A stretch of DNA of 64,000 nucleotides from a virus. A program made the position numbers and the translations under genes. Positions within the stretch are counted from its first letter, which is position 1. Each line of letters begins with the position of its first letter. The stretch lies in IMG/VR virus record IMGVR_UViG_3300032282_001282, positions 1 through 64,000 of that record, one strand, 5' to 3'. Below are positions 37,976 through 48,402 of this stretch, in pieces. The notes under the pieces are model-generated. The model saw nothing but the letters and a program-made list of their open reading frames with translations, ran no database searches and had not been told where the DNA came from.

Positions 37976-40900
37976 TAGTTAAACACTCCATATTGTGGGA
38001 ATTTAACATATTTATCCTGAGTATTAGGCTCGTAATATTTGTCCCTAAAGTTAAAGAATCGTGTACCACCTTTATTAAAGGTTGTTCGAGTAGCAATAGT
38101 ATTTGCCGCTTGGTAACGATATACTTCGTAAAACGGTACGTTTTGTCCCGGTTTTAAATTCAAGCTGTAGAATACAATAGCACTAGTATATGTCTTACCA
38201 CTTAAGATTCTAATGTGACGATTTAATTCAACAGTTTGTACAAAGAATAAGTTTACAACATCATTAACAATTTGTATTTCCCAGATACCTCCACGTTGGT
38301 TCTCAACTTTATAGTAACTAACAATTCCGTTACCTGAGTCAGCATTACCAGCAGATGTAGCAACAAATCTATCGCCAGCATTAATAACACCATTGATGTT
38401 GGGTTTAGCACCAAGTGTTGCAAAATTGGTTGTACCTATACCTTCGATAGTGTATGTAATACCAGGGACAACGTCGCTGGCGCTGATAACAGTTTTAGAT
38501 TGTGCGTGTTCTAAGAAACCCGGAACAATCTTGTATTGGTCAAATGGAACGGCACCGTAGCCTTCAACAGTTGAGGTAGTAATATCATCACCGCCATATA
38601 ATTCTGTATAATCGACCCAGCCATCATATGTGCCGGCATTGTTAAATTTTTCTTGCTGTATGAATACTAGTCGTTGGCCACTAAAGAAGTTATCAAGTCC
38701 GTCGATACCACCATTGGCCTGGATGTATTCTAAAGGACGACCGTTGATTTCACTGAAAGGTACAGTAACGCCGTAGTCAACTGTGTAGTCAATGGATCCA
38801 ATGTTTTTATTTGGTAAAGAATCAAACGTAGTCTCAGTACTTGTTTTGTATGTGTCTGTTGCTGGATCAAAGTTTGTACTATAGAAGTCATCAACAATAT
38901 ATCGGTCAGACTTAAATTCGATTCGATTAAAGTTAATGCCCGAGTTTCTTAGACGATATGCAATTAGATTACTCTTTCCAGGCTTGGTGTGAGCTATTAC
39001 AATACCTTTAGTAAATCCCAACGGAGTTTTAAATTTGTTTGGGCTTGTTGGATCTGGTTGGTTGCTGGTCATCCACTCAGGTAAACTGTTTTGGTCTTCG
39101 TAGTTAACACCTGCAATTAATCTTGCTATCATATCTTTTGTAGTGTTTGGATATACTACCGTATGAGTTACGCCATTGCTGTCCACATAAGGATTTTTTA
39201 CAAACAAATCAATTTCTAGCCCAGGGCCTTGTCCTTGTAAATTTTCTTCAGGATCTAACACTTCGAGATACACAACTTCGTACTTAGGAACATATTTGTC
39301 ATCGAGTACTACGGCTGTTTTAATATCGCCGAATGTATATGTTTTAGTATAATGGTTCTTTTGCATCGCGGCTGTAAATTCAGCCATCACCTTAGACTTT
39401 AATCCAGGAAGAAATAACATTTCTAAATTTTTATTAATACCAAACCAAGGATCATCTGGTCTATAAATTAAATCGTAATCTGTTTCGTTAGTAAAATAAT
39501 TTTTGTTTGTAACTACAGATGTATAAATCTGTCGTTGATCAAATGTTGGCATGGCACGTAGATACAAATTCTTATATGGATTTGGATCTATTACATTCAA
39601 TGTTAGTGTAAATTCTTTAAGAGCATATACCGTTGCTAGTGTGTCATCTAAACTGTCAGCAACCTTAACAGTAAAGTTAAATGTGCGATCAACAGTTAAT
39701 TTATTACCATCAAATGTAGTAGCATAGTCATCTAAGGTAAATGCTTCAAAACTTACACGGCCACTAATTTCGCCACTTGGTAATAACTGTAACCCCTGTG
39801 GTAATTCCACCAAGGTACCCGATCGGTCAAATAGTTTGTAATATAATTTTTTACCAATGGTGCTAGTTGCAGAAATTGCTAGTTCACTAATAGATCCATT
39901 GTTAATAGTTCCGAGATTAGTAGGACTATTCCAAACAATATTATTGTTAATGTCGCCGTAGACTGGTAGTGTAAAGAATACTGTTTTACTACTGTATGTT
40001 TGTCCGTTCTGTACCTTGCTTACAAAAACACCAAAGGTATATTCTTGATATGGGGTTGTCTGGGCACTTAGTTTTCCATAAACCCAACCAGAGCCAGCGT
40101 CAAGTTGTACACCGGGCAAGTTACTAATACCAGTACTACCATCCACATAACTACTAAAACCAACACCACTACGTAAACCTGTGTCAGTTGAAAATCCAGC
40201 GCCGCCTTCATCACCACCACCGACACCTGCACCACCGTAGTCAAAACCTGCATCAATGCCGGCTACATAAGCATCAAAGGTTCCAATGGTATTGGATATG
40301 TTGTAGGCCAATTCTCTACCTTGGAAATCGTACCCATCAATTTTAAAAGCATAGTTACTGTTTTGTCGCCCAGCTGGTAATACAGTACTGGTATTTCTAA
40401 TAACAGGTACATATACATCACCGATGTCGGCTGTTAGTTGTGTATTGTTTAATGGCAAGTCACTATCAGCAGTCCAACTGTTTCTTCCTACAATTTGTAG
40501 TATGTATTTTTGTTTAACGTAGTCAGCGCCATCATAAGCACGTATTGTAAAACTGTAACTCTCTGATTGATTTATATTGTTAAAGTCGTATGGGCCAAAG
40601 TCGTAATCTTGTTCTGCGGTAATAATGCCAGTGTCAAACCCGCTAGGAGTTTTATAAGTAACATCTCCGTCGTATCCATCAGGTCCCCACGGACCAACGT
40701 TTTGAACAGGATTAATGTATCCGCTTATTATACCATCCGCTGACAAAGTAACACCCGGTGGGAGTTCTCCATCATCTAATGTCCACTCAATTCGAGCGTT
40801 AGGATTTAATTCAATTAATTTTAATTGTTGATAATAAAACGCACCATCAACTGCACTACCTAAGTCATATGGTTCAACTCGTATAGCATCTTTTGCCGGT

Positions 40901-41859
40901 GGACGTCTTGGTAAAATAATTGGTTCTGTTTTATTTGTAATTGTAAATGCAAATGATCTATCAGTAACAAGGTTAGCAGTATTAGTTGCACGAATTGTGA
41001 ATCTAAATTCTTCTTCTTTGATGTTTTGTGTTTCAGTAATAGTTGGAGTACCTTGTAAGTATCCATTGGTATAAACAACACCTCCGCTGACATAATCACC
41101 AAAGTCAGTGCGTCCGTTAACAGGATTTAGTAAGAGACTATCGTAATATAATTCAAAATAAGGACTTGCACCTGGTGCCACATCCGCCAATGGTTGCACT
41201 GGTAATCCGTTGTCTTTGTTAATGCCCAACATCTTAACATAGTACTTGTTACCATTTAACTCTGTTGTTCCAGTAAGACCTTTGAAGTGTACAATTTGTC
41301 CATAGAAAAAATTAACATCAACTGCGGCACGAACAATCATTGGATTTGTTTTTAGTACAGCTCTAATGTTATGTGATTTAGCAGTGACTAATTGTAAGCC
41401 CGACGGCAATTGCCCAGATATAAAACTATATTGTATAGCTGAATTGTTGCTGTCTACTGCTTCAAGTTCTTGACTAAAGAAGCCCGAATCGGATGTATAT
41501 TTGCCAACAGATCCGCCTGCGGTTACCCAAGTTATTTTGTTAGCATTAGTATAATTTGTAACTTCTATGTTAAATGCACAGTCAGCATATTTTCCTGATA
41601 TTGGATCTAATGCTCTGATAGTAAAGTTATAAGTTTGTGTAGAATAGTATGTGCCGCTTGGTGCCGCAAAACTTGGGATACCCGATATAACACCAGTGCG
41701 ACCTAATGTTAGTCCAACTGGAAGTTTACCACCAATTAGTACGTAGGTTAAATCTCTATTACTAACTGTGTCTACAGCTGATACAGTAATAGTCGTAGTT
41801 TGACCTATGACAGCCCTTGCAAGCGGTCCAGGGGCAGTATTCCAAATTAAGTTTACCAT
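37975..41859 (-). CDS. large Ig-like-repeat virion protein (baseplate wedge-like)
   Basis: Repeated G.LP.GL.L...G.ISG and F.FTIRA motifs. Confidence 0.7.
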   Translation of the reverse strand: MVNLIWNTAPGPLARAVIGQTTTITVSAVDTVSNRDLTYVLIGGKLPVGLTLGRTGVISGIPSFAAPSGTYYSTQTYNFTIRALDPISGKYADCAFNIEVTNYTNANKITWVTAGGSVGKYTSDSGFFSQELEAVDSNNSAIQYSFISGQLPSGLQLVTAKSHNIRAVLKTNPMIVRAAVDVNFFYGQIVHFKGLTGTTELNGNKYYVKMLGINKDNGLPVQPLADVAPGASPYFELYYDSLLLNPVNGRTDFGDYVSGGVVYTNGYLQGTPTITETQNIKEEEFRFTIRATNTANLVTDRSFAFTITNKTEPIILPRRPPAKDAIRVEPYDLGSAVDGAFYYQQLKLIELNPNARIEWTLDDGELPPGVTLSADGIISGYINPVQNVGPWGPDGYDGDVTYKTPSGFDTGIITAEQDYDFGPYDFNNINQSESYSFTIRAYDGADYVKQKYILQIVGRNSWTADSDLPLNNTQLTADIGDVYVPVIRNTSTVLPAGRQNSNYAFKIDGYDFQGRELAYNISNTIGTFDAYVAGIDAGFDYGGAGVGGGDEGGAGFSTDTGLRSGVGFSSYVDGSTGISNLPGVQLDAGSGWVYGKLSAQTTPYQEYTFGVFVSKVQNGQTYSSKTVFFTLPVYGDINNNIVWNSPTNLGTINNGSISELAISATSTIGKKLYYKLFDRSGTLVELPQGLQLLPSGEISGRVSFEAFTLDDYATTFDGNKLTVDRTFNFTVKVADSLDDTLATVYALKEFTLTLNVIDPNPYKNLYLRAMPTFDQRQIYTSVVTNKNYFTNETDYDLIYRPDDPWFGINKNLEMLFLPGLKSKVMAEFTAAMQKNHYTKTYTFGDIKTAVVLDDKYVPKYEVVYLEVLDPEENLQGQGPGLEIDLFVKNPYVDSNGVTHTVVYPNTTKDMIARLIAGVNYEDQNSLPEWMTSNQPDPTSPNKFKTPLGFTKGIVIAHTKPGKSNLIAYRLRNSGINFNRIEFKSDRYIVDDFYSTNFDPATDTYKTSTETTFDSLPNKNIGSIDYTVDYGVTVPFSEINGRPLEYIQANGGIDGLDNFFSGQRLVFIQQEKFNNAGTYDGWVDYTELYGGDDITTSTVEGYGAVPFDQYKIVPGFLEHAQSKTVISASDVVPGITYTIEGIGTTNFATLGAKPNINGVINAGDRFVATSAGNADSGNGIVSYYKVENQRGGIWEIQIVNDVVNLFFVQTVELNRHIRILSGKTYTSAIVFYSLNLKPGQNVPFYEVYRYQAANTIATRTTFNKGGTRFFNFRDKYYEPNTQDKYVKFPQYGVFN

Positions 41860-41862
41860 GTG

Positions 41863-44730
41863 TTACTCTAAACCTAAATGACGTTTAATGTCTTTCAATT
41901 CGCGTCTTAATTCTTTGATACCTTCAATTAGTAATGGAGCAAACTTTTCGTAACGTACAGTCAAGTACTGTTCATCAATTGGGGCAGGTGCTACAATCTC
42001 TGGCATCTGACGTAGTGTATCTTGAGCCGACACACCAACTTCGCGTTTAACTTCATAACCTAATGCTTGTGCTGTTTCGTTGGCTTCATAGTAGAAACCA
42101 GTTAACTGATCAATCTTGTCTAGGGCATTATCAATAACACCTAAACGTGTTTTTAATCTGTCGTCTGAGTAGTAAGCAGTAATGTTGTTAGTAGCACGTA
42201 TCTCACCAGTTGTTCCACTGGCCGCTGTACCAACACCTAAACTAGCATGTTGTACACTTGCTGTAGTAGAGATATTTTGTATAGCAACAGAAGTCAATCC
42301 AGTAACTCGACCAAAGGTATCAGTGCTAACAACAGGCACAGCAGTTGTACTACCAGCAGTTGTGACTCCGGGGCCTATAGTAGTTAATGTAATGTTGCTA
42401 CCGCTGAGTGTTAGGTTACCTGTGCCAGTTGTAGTACTAATTACACGATTACCATTGTCAAATAATCTTGTAGCACGTAGACCAATGTTACTGTTCCAGT
42501 CGCTATTAGAAGAATTTAATGTTATAGAACCAAATGGTGTTATAAAACCTGCGCCATTGGCAGCATTAAGAGAAACTGCATTGGCCGCCGCTACATAATA
42601 TAAATCATTTGTAGTTACAGCAGTTGCATCAACGGTAGTAGTTACACCATTGACCCACAGGCTACCGCCAATATAAACATTGTTGGTAAAGTATGAACCT
42701 GGTGTTGTTACTGTTAAGTTACCAGCAACAACATTATTACCAGTTAAAATACTTGTTCCAGTTAAGGTTGTTGTACCGCTGACACCTAGACCAGTTAGTG
42801 TACCGAGGCTAGTAATGAAAGGTTGTGCATTGCTTAGAGTGCCAATAGTACCAGTTAATACTGTTCCGGTATTACCGATAGTCGGAGCTGTAACACTACT
42901 ACCGACTAAGAATGGAGCCTGTACGTTTTGTAAAGCAATTAAACTGGTCGTACCAATTTGGTTAGTAATTGTTAAACTACCAAATGTTGGTGTTCCAGTA
43001 TTTCTTAAATCCTGGCCCATGGTAAGGTTGAAAGTACCATTACCAACAGTAGTAACAATACCGTTAGTAGATGTAATTGCCAAGTTACCACCAACGAATA
43101 CGTTACCTGTACCGTTAGAACCAACTAAGGTAATTGGACTAACTTGTAGTAACTGAGCTTGTGTAGCACGACCCTTAGAGTCAAATGTAACTTGTGGTAT
43201 GTAGGTAGTAGTACCATAGCTTCCGGCAATAATACCAGTAGGAGTAAGATTGAAACCTGTGTTCCAACCACTGACTAAATTAGATGTAATCTCAGAAGTG
43301 TTAGCGTATGTGACTGTAATGTATGGAACACCGTTGGCAAATCTATGACCGTCGGAATATAAATTAGTAATTACAGCACTAGTAGCATTAAGGTTACCAT
43401 TTAATGTTGGTGCACCAATGTTACCGGCTACACTCAATGATGACAATGTACCAAGACTTGTAATCAGTGGTTGTGCTGGTAATGCTACTAAACCTTGTAG
43501 CGTTCCGTTGAATTGTGTTGCGGCAATGTTGGCAACAGCAACGTTACCTGACGCTGTAAATGTTTGGAATGATACAGTACCACCAGTGGCAGTTAAACTA
43601 TTAACACCGACACTGGTAGCTTGAATACTGTTTGCTGTCAGTGTAGGTAGTACACCGAGGCTGGTAATGTTTGGTTGATCTGGAGTTTGAATTTGACCCC
43701 ATAGTGGTCCAACTAAAATACCTGCAGAAATATTTCCAAGTACACTTAGGCCGCCGTCGATACGAACAGCACCAGACCCTAGTCCAGTACTTTGTGTAAC
43801 AGATAAGAAACGTGTATCACCAGTGATTAGGCCGCCTTGATAGAAAGTACCAAAGCCAACCATGTCAGTAGTAACAACTACACCTGATCCAGAGCCAACA
43901 GTAATAAAACCATCAACGTGTACGTTACCGTTGATACTGCCTGATACGTTTAAGTTTTGAATATTAGCACGTTGGCTATTAATATTACCAAAGGCAGTTC
44001 CGTAGATAATTGAGTTGCCGGACATGATCAACGCATTGGCTGTTCCGACGTTACTTAAGAATAAACTACCAACGTGTATGTTACCATAGACACCACCAGA
44101 CACAACACTATTAGCTGATATACTTACATCGTAATCGACTACTTTATAAATGAAGTCATTGGTTTGATATTGCAAACCAAAATAAGCATAGGCATTTGAA
44201 CTGTTTTTATTGTACTTGCCCAATACACCAATATCTTTAATATCGCCCGGGGACAAGTTAGCGTGTAGTAATAAAATACCAGCATCACTAGAAGCCGCAA
44301 CCTGTGTGGATGAAATAACTTTACCAGCGTAAATGTTACCAAAGAAGTGTGTTGGGCTACCTAAGTTTTGTACTGAGTTACCCGATGGAACAATATCAGT
44401 ATGCGGTACAATATAGTTGTAAAAGTCAGCTTGTCCTGTTGCTACTAGGTTAGCAGTAACATTAACCGTTGGAGCATTTAGAGTATTGACAAATAAGTTT
44501 GATGTAAAAGCACCATTGTTACCAATAGTATTACCAACAACTAGGTTACTTAGTGTACCGTTGTTGGCCTTTATAGAAGGAAACTCAACAAGATCGCTAC
44601 TTAAATATGTGTTAAGTTCTTGAAAGTTTTCGTCAGTGTAAATAAACGCTGTTCTAATTTCATCACCGGTACCATCATTGGGCGATACGCCAACGTTAAT
44701 ACTTGTAATAGAAGAGTTCCATTTTGCCAT
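41863..44730 (-). CDS. tail fibre/spike with gp9/gp10-like N-terminus and C-terminal intramolecular chaperone (peptidase S74-like)
   Basis: INVG..PNDGTGD.IR.AF; QP.ITSLG.L repeats; YYSDDRLK...GVSAQ...PE...LIEGIKEL. Confidence 0.85.
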   Translation of the reverse strand: MAKWNSSITSINVGVSPNDGTGDEIRTAFIYTDENFQELNTYLSSDLVEFPSIKANNGTLSNLVVGNTIGNNGAFTSNLFVNTLNAPTVNVTANLVATGQADFYNYIVPHTDIVPSGNSVQNLGSPTHFFGNIYAGKVISSTQVAASSDAGILLLHANLSPGDIKDIGVLGKYNKNSSNAYAYFGLQYQTNDFIYKVVDYDVSISANSVVSGGVYGNIHVGSLFLSNVGTANALIMSGNSIIYGTAFGNINSQRANIQNLNVSGSINGNVHVDGFITVGSGSGVVVTTDMVGFGTFYQGGLITGDTRFLSVTQSTGLGSGAVRIDGGLSVLGNISAGILVGPLWGQIQTPDQPNITSLGVLPTLTANSIQATSVGVNSLTATGGTVSFQTFTASGNVAVANIAATQFNGTLQGLVALPAQPLITSLGTLSSLSVAGNIGAPTLNGNLNATSAVITNLYSDGHRFANGVPYITVTYANTSEITSNLVSGWNTGFNLTPTGIIAGSYGTTTYIPQVTFDSKGRATQAQLLQVSPITLVGSNGTGNVFVGGNLAITSTNGIVTTVGNGTFNLTMGQDLRNTGTPTFGSLTITNQIGTTSLIALQNVQAPFLVGSSVTAPTIGNTGTVLTGTIGTLSNAQPFITSLGTLTGLGVSGTTTLTGTSILTGNNVVAGNLTVTTPGSYFTNNVYIGGSLWVNGVTTTVDATAVTTNDLYYVAAANAVSLNAANGAGFITPFGSITLNSSNSDWNSNIGLRATRLFDNGNRVISTTTGTGNLTLSGSNITLTTIGPGVTTAGSTTAVPVVSTDTFGRVTGLTSVAIQNISTTASVQHASLGVGTAASGTTGEIRATNNITAYYSDDRLKTRLGVIDNALDKIDQLTGFYYEANETAQALGYEVKREVGVSAQDTLRQMPEIVAPAPIDEQYLTVRYEKFAPLLIEGIKELRRELKDIKRHLGLE

Positions 44731-44788
44731 AAGCTCAAAATCCTATATATAGCTTATTTATCGGATCGAGCTAAAGGTCTGTTTTCGG

Positions 44789-45115
44789 CTATGCTGGGCT
44801 AAAACTTGATCCGCATCCGCAGGTTGTTTGTGCGTTGGGGTTTTTGATAGTAAAACTAGCACCATAAAGATCATCTTTATAGTCTATTTCTGCACCAGTT
44901 AAGTACTGGCTACTCATTGAATCTACCAGGATATGTACGCCGTTTATGTCCAGGTCAAAGTCGTCTTCGTTGGCCATTTCGTCTAAGGTAAATCCGTACT
45001 GCATACCCGAGCATCCGCCACCTTGGACAAATACACGTAATTTAATTGCTGGGTTATTTTCTTCAGCAATTATGTCTTGAATTTTTTCTTTTGCGGTTTC
45101 TGTAATTGTAATCAT
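44789..45115 (-). CDS. erpA: iron-sulfur cluster insertion protein ErpA/IscA (HesB family)
   Basis: [11 protein letters not shown] and [14 protein letters not shown] motifs. Confidence 0.93.
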   Translation of the reverse strand: MITITETAKEKIQDIIAEENNPAIKLRVFVQGGGCSGMQYGFTLDEMANEDDFDLDINGVHILVDSMSSQYLTGAEIDYKDDLYGASFTIKNPNAQTTCGCGSSFSPA

Positions 45116-45116
45116 A

Positions 45117-45521
45117 TTAATTTTCGGGTCCTAGGCTTGCTCTATAAGCTGATGCAATATCCCACCATTCTCCGGGGAAAAATTCTACTTCTAATATTGC
45201 AGACGGTACTGCTTTTGGTACTATAATTTCGTTGTCATCGCGTTCAATACCGTTGGGATTTTCAGGGTATGCACCAAACAGTTGAACTAAATCTGCCCAA
45301 CGAGCACGAAACATAGTAGCTTCTGATTTGTCTACGTGATAGTAACAGTCTGCTGGATCGTAGGCAAAGTAAACTCCAGGTCCAGCATAACCTGTTTTGC
45401 TTGGTCTTAGGCCGTGTTGTGCTACGCTGTTTAACCCTTGACTTTGGTCAGGCAAGTAGCTGGCATGATAAACATATTCGCCAGGTTGTCGACTTTCTCT
45501 AAAAATATCTCGTATTCTCAT
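45117..45521 (-). CDS. ADP-ribosyltransferase/Tpt1-like fold protein
   Basis: YHAS...GLRP...GVYFA...E.IVP..VP pattern. Confidence 0.5.
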   Translation of the reverse strand: MRIRDIFRESRQPGEYVYHASYLPDQSQGLNSVAQHGLRPSKTGYAGPGVYFAYDPADCYYHVDKSEATMFRARWADLVQLFGAYPENPNGIERDDNEIIVPKAVPSAILEVEFFPGEWWDIASAYRASLGPEN

Positions 45522-46060
45522 AGTCTTCTATTAACGGCGTCCCAATCAATAATGCGCCAAATGTTATCTAGGTACTTGGCTTTGTTAGAACCATACTGTT
45601 CTTGCCAAGCGTGTTCCCACATATCTACTAGTAGAGCTATGTCGGTACGTTTTTGATGATTGCGTATGGTTTTAATAACCCCACTTTTACTAAGATAAAT
45701 CCAGCCCGATCCTTGGACTTTCATTGCTTCTTCTTTGAAGTGCTTTTTGAAATCAACAAAATTAGTGTGATGTCTATTAATAATATCCAAAATAGTGCCA
45801 TGTGGTCTACTTACTCCTGGTCGTTTAAATTGACTAAAGAATATAGCGTGTAGATAAGCACCAGCTTCGTTAAAGCGGTCATCACCTTCACCTTTGTTGT
45901 AACGGTCAACATAGCCTTTGTAGAGTTTGCCGTAATGTAAATCAATCAAGGCACTACTCATAACAGGGCTAAGGCCCGACTTACTGTAAGGCAATTTTAT
46001 TTGCTTTAACTCAGTTTTGTTTTTAGATTCTAATAGATCAATGGTATCGCGTATATCCAT
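45518..46060 (-). CDS. sod: Fe/Mn superoxide dismutase
   Basis: LPY...L.P, LHYGK, GAYLH..FF, QGSGW and DMWEHA motifs. Confidence 0.9.
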   Translation of the reverse strand: MDIRDTIDLLESKNKTELKQIKLPYSKSGLSPVMSSALIDLHYGKLYKGYVDRYNKGEGDDRFNEAGAYLHAIFFSQFKRPGVSRPHGTILDIINRHHTNFVDFKKHFKEEAMKVQGSGWIYLSKSGVIKTIRNHQKRTDIALLVDMWEHAWQEQYGSNKAKYLDNIWRIIDWDAVNRRL

Positions 46061-46064
46061 ACTA

Positions 46065-46289
46065 CTATTTAGTGCGATATACCACCCGTCCTCTAGTAAG
46101 GTCGTATGGACTCATTTCTACTTCTACTGAGTCACCCATTAATATGCGTATATTATGCTGTCTTAGTTTGCCACCGATTGTGGCTGTGATTTTTGATTTT
46201 TGTTCATTGTCTAGAATAACTCTGAACATTGCGTTTGGTAGTACTTCATCAACGGTTCCGCTGAATCGTAGCAGGTCTTCTTTGCTCAC
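46065..46289 (-). CDS. infA: translation initiation factor IF-1
   Basis: [13 protein letters not shown]...GKLR...[20 protein letters not shown]. Confidence 0.95.
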   Translation of the reverse strand: MSKEDLLRFSGTVDEVLPNAMFRVILDNEQKSKITATIGGKLRQHNIRILMGDSVEVEMSPYDLTRGRVVYRTK

Positions 46290-46323
46290 TTGTAAAATTA
46301 TCTCCTTAAAAAGTGCTTAGTAT

Positions 46324-46728
46324 TTAGCGGCGCATCCTGCTGATATCAACCGCTTCTTCATCAGAGAAAATTGGCACAGCATTAGATTTGTGCATAGTAC
46401 CAATACCTTTGATTTTAGTGCCAGTATAGACTTTGTCGGCGGGCTTGGGACAAGGGCCACCTGTAAAAGGCAAACTGTTGATCTTTTGTGTCACTCGCCC
46501 TGGGGGAATAGTAAGCGAGTAGACGTCTTGGAGCTCAGTGGGTTTTTTGGTAACTGTAACAGTTTTGCCACTGAATCGCGGAGCCTCTTTATCAAACTTA
46601 CGCAACCGTTCTTCCCAGTCACGTTTTAGATTCTCCGCTTGGCGTTTAGCTTCTGCACTGGCCCACTTGCGTTTGCCTTTCTTTTTGCCGGTAGTACTAA
46701 GCCACGGGCCTTCGAGATGCATAGTCAT
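46324..46728 (-). CDS. conserved phage hypothetical protein
   Basis: YTG..IKGIGTMHKSNAVPIF motif. Confidence 0.7.
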   Translation of the reverse strand: MTMHLEGPWLSTTGKKKGKRKWASAEAKRQAENLKRDWEERLRKFDKEAPRFSGKTVTVTKKPTELQDVYSLTIPPGRVTQKINSLPFTGGPCPKPADKVYTGTKIKGIGTMHKSNAVPIFSDEEAVDISRMRR

Positions 46729-46743
46729 ATATGTATAGTGTAG

Positions 46744-47100
46744 TTAAGAAGAAATACGGTCAGTACCTTTGCGTGGCTCCCAGCCAGTGCCTTCGGCAAT
46801 AAAATGCTCTGAAGGCAAATAAAAGATATGTTTAGGAAATCGTTGTTTTAGTCGCTCGATAATTTCTTCGTGGTTGCGACCCTGCGCCAAAAATTCATTG
46901 TCGTCATCATCGTACCAAAGTATATGATCATCGGTGATTTTTTCTTCGCGGACACGGTGTACAATATTGTCAAGATGCTTACGAATTTTGTCTTCAAATT
47001 CTTTAGTATCGCCCTTAACAGCATCTAGCATACCAATAATGATATTGGCTAAAAACCAAGTCGAAACCGCCCAAATTAGATAAAATGTAAAATCATCCAT
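46744..47100 (-). CDS. hypothetical membrane-anchored protein
   Basis: N-terminal TM segment; late promoter 5 nt upstream. Confidence 0.65.
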   Translation of the reverse strand: MDDFTFYLIWAVSTWFLANIIIGMLDAVKGDTKEFEDKIRKHLDNIVHRVREEKITDDHILWYDDDDNEFLAQGRNHEEIIERLKQRFPKHIFYLPSEHFIAEGTGWEPRKGTDRISS

Positions 47101-47128
47101 GTTTGTATTTACTAGTTATTGAGCATTT

Positions 47129-47157
47129 ATTATAACATATTGGGAATTAATGATCAA
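47129..47157 (-). promoter_or_regulatory. early promoter TTGATC-N17-TATAAT with ATTCCCAATATG
   Basis: Repeat of the spacer motif. Confidence 0.7.
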
Positions 47158-47365
47158 CTTCATCTACACGATCTAGCACTTGTTTGGCGTACCAGCCCAT
47201 ACGCCCTTCTGGGTCCATACGCTGTATATCTTCCAGGCCAATCCGCATCAACTCCATTTGTTGCTCAGCACGATATACACGATTACGTAGGTTGCTGGCT
47301 TGCATCCACGACATGAGCATAGATATAAACTTGGCAATAAGAATATTCCAATTGATCATAGCCAA
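47147..47365 (-). CDS. hypothetical protein
   Basis: ORF in operon. Confidence 0.55.
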   Translation of the reverse strand: MAMINWNILIAKFISMLMSWMQASNLRNRVYRAEQQMELMRIGLEDIQRMDPEGRMGWYAKQVLDRVDEVDH

Positions 47366-47592
47366 CGCAACCTAAAATGTACAAGATCACGGGCATCTTC
47401 AAATCTAAAACTAAAGCCTACTGTGCTTTCGTATCCGTGTATGTGGTAACGTCCACCCGGTGCTGTTTCTAACCATTTAAGTATTTCTCTAATAGGGTAG
47501 TGTGGCCCTTCTAGTACATCACGCCAGAGTACGATAGCCTCAAACCAATGTTTGGGTGGCGGCCATAGTTGGTCTGATGGAACGTGTATCAT
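47356..47592 (-). CDS. small F-x-L-[KR]-W family protein
   Basis: C-terminus FRFEDARDLVHFRLRW. Confidence 0.65.
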   Translation of the reverse strand: MIHVPSDQLWPPPKHWFEAIVLWRDVLEGPHYPIREILKWLETAPGGRYHIHGYESTVGFSFRFEDARDLVHFRLRWL

Positions 47593-47846
47593 TTAAATTT
47601 TAGACTAAAGATAGTAGCATCTTTTCCATCGATAAAGTAAAACGCGGCAACTTCATCAAACATAGCACTGACATCAGCTGTTTCTACTATCTCTGAATAT
47701 ATTAAACTTAGATTTTGTTCACGGCACCAACGTTTCATTTGCCAAAGGCGAAACGCAGGATCGCCAACTAGGACCTGATGGCATCGGTCTAAAACTTCTT
47801 TAGGCGGAACTGGAATACTATGATTGTTTACGTACATTATGACCAC
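47589..47846 (-). CDS. small F-x-L-[KR]-W family protein
   Basis: C-terminus FYFIDGKDATIFSLKF. Confidence 0.65.
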   Translation of the reverse strand: MVIMYVNNHSIPVPPKEVLDRCHQVLVGDPAFRLWQMKRWCREQNLSLIYSEIVETADVSAMFDEVAAFYFIDGKDATIFSLKFK

Positions 47847-48109
47847 CTCAATGACATTAGAGTATAAAGTCTTTCGTGTACATCAAATGTATCTAGCACA
47901 CGATAACGGTACTGTGAAGTAGTATGCTCATACCACAGGTTGTTTTCTTGCTCACGTATCCAAGGAGTAACCCTGGGTTCAACATGAACTACAAACCATT
48001 TTTCTCCATCAACTACCGCAGAGTCAACAACTTCAAAACGATTCCGTTGCACGGCACGTGGCACAACGGTTGCTCGATTGGTTAATGCACGTTTCTTTTT
48101 CATCCCCAC
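47837..48109 (-). CDS. small F-x-L-[KR]-W family protein (divergent)
   Basis: C-terminus FDVHERLYTLMSLRW. Confidence 0.6.
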   Translation of the reverse strand: MGMKKKRALTNRATVVPRAVQRNRFEVVDSAVVDGEKWFVVHVEPRVTPWIREQENNLWYEHTTSQYRYRVLDTFDVHERLYTLMSLRWS

Positions 48110-48402
48110 CTCAGCAAAAACATAGTGCGGTCGGCATCATGGTTAAAATGTAAAACCATGCCTTCTTGTCTAATACCTGGATACTGACCCATCCACTTTT
48201 CTATAGCCTGTTGATTATTAACCCAATGTACATAGTCCTCAATAATCAACAATAGCTCGCCATCTGTTGGACTTTTAGCCGGAATAAACTTTCCGCCAGT
48301 GGTCATTTGTATTACCCCGTTAAGAAACGTAAGTTCCTGCCCGTTGTGTTCTACAGTAACCTGTGTCAGCGTGGGAGTAATTTCTTTGTAGGTCTTTTTC
48401 AT
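48100..48402 (-). CDS. small F-x-L-[KR]-W family protein
   Basis: C-terminus LHFNHDADRTMFLLRW. Confidence 0.65.
   Translation of the reverse strand: MKKTYKEITPTLTQVTVEHNGQELTFLNGVIQMTTGGKFIPAKSPTDGELLLIIEDYVHWVNNQQAIEKWMGQYPGIRQEGMVLHFNHDADRTMFLLRWG

Noticed and set aside
41863-44730. Diversity-generating retroelement target in the tail fibre
   Set aside because: No reverse transcriptase, and no near-identical TR/VR nucleotide repeat seen in the window
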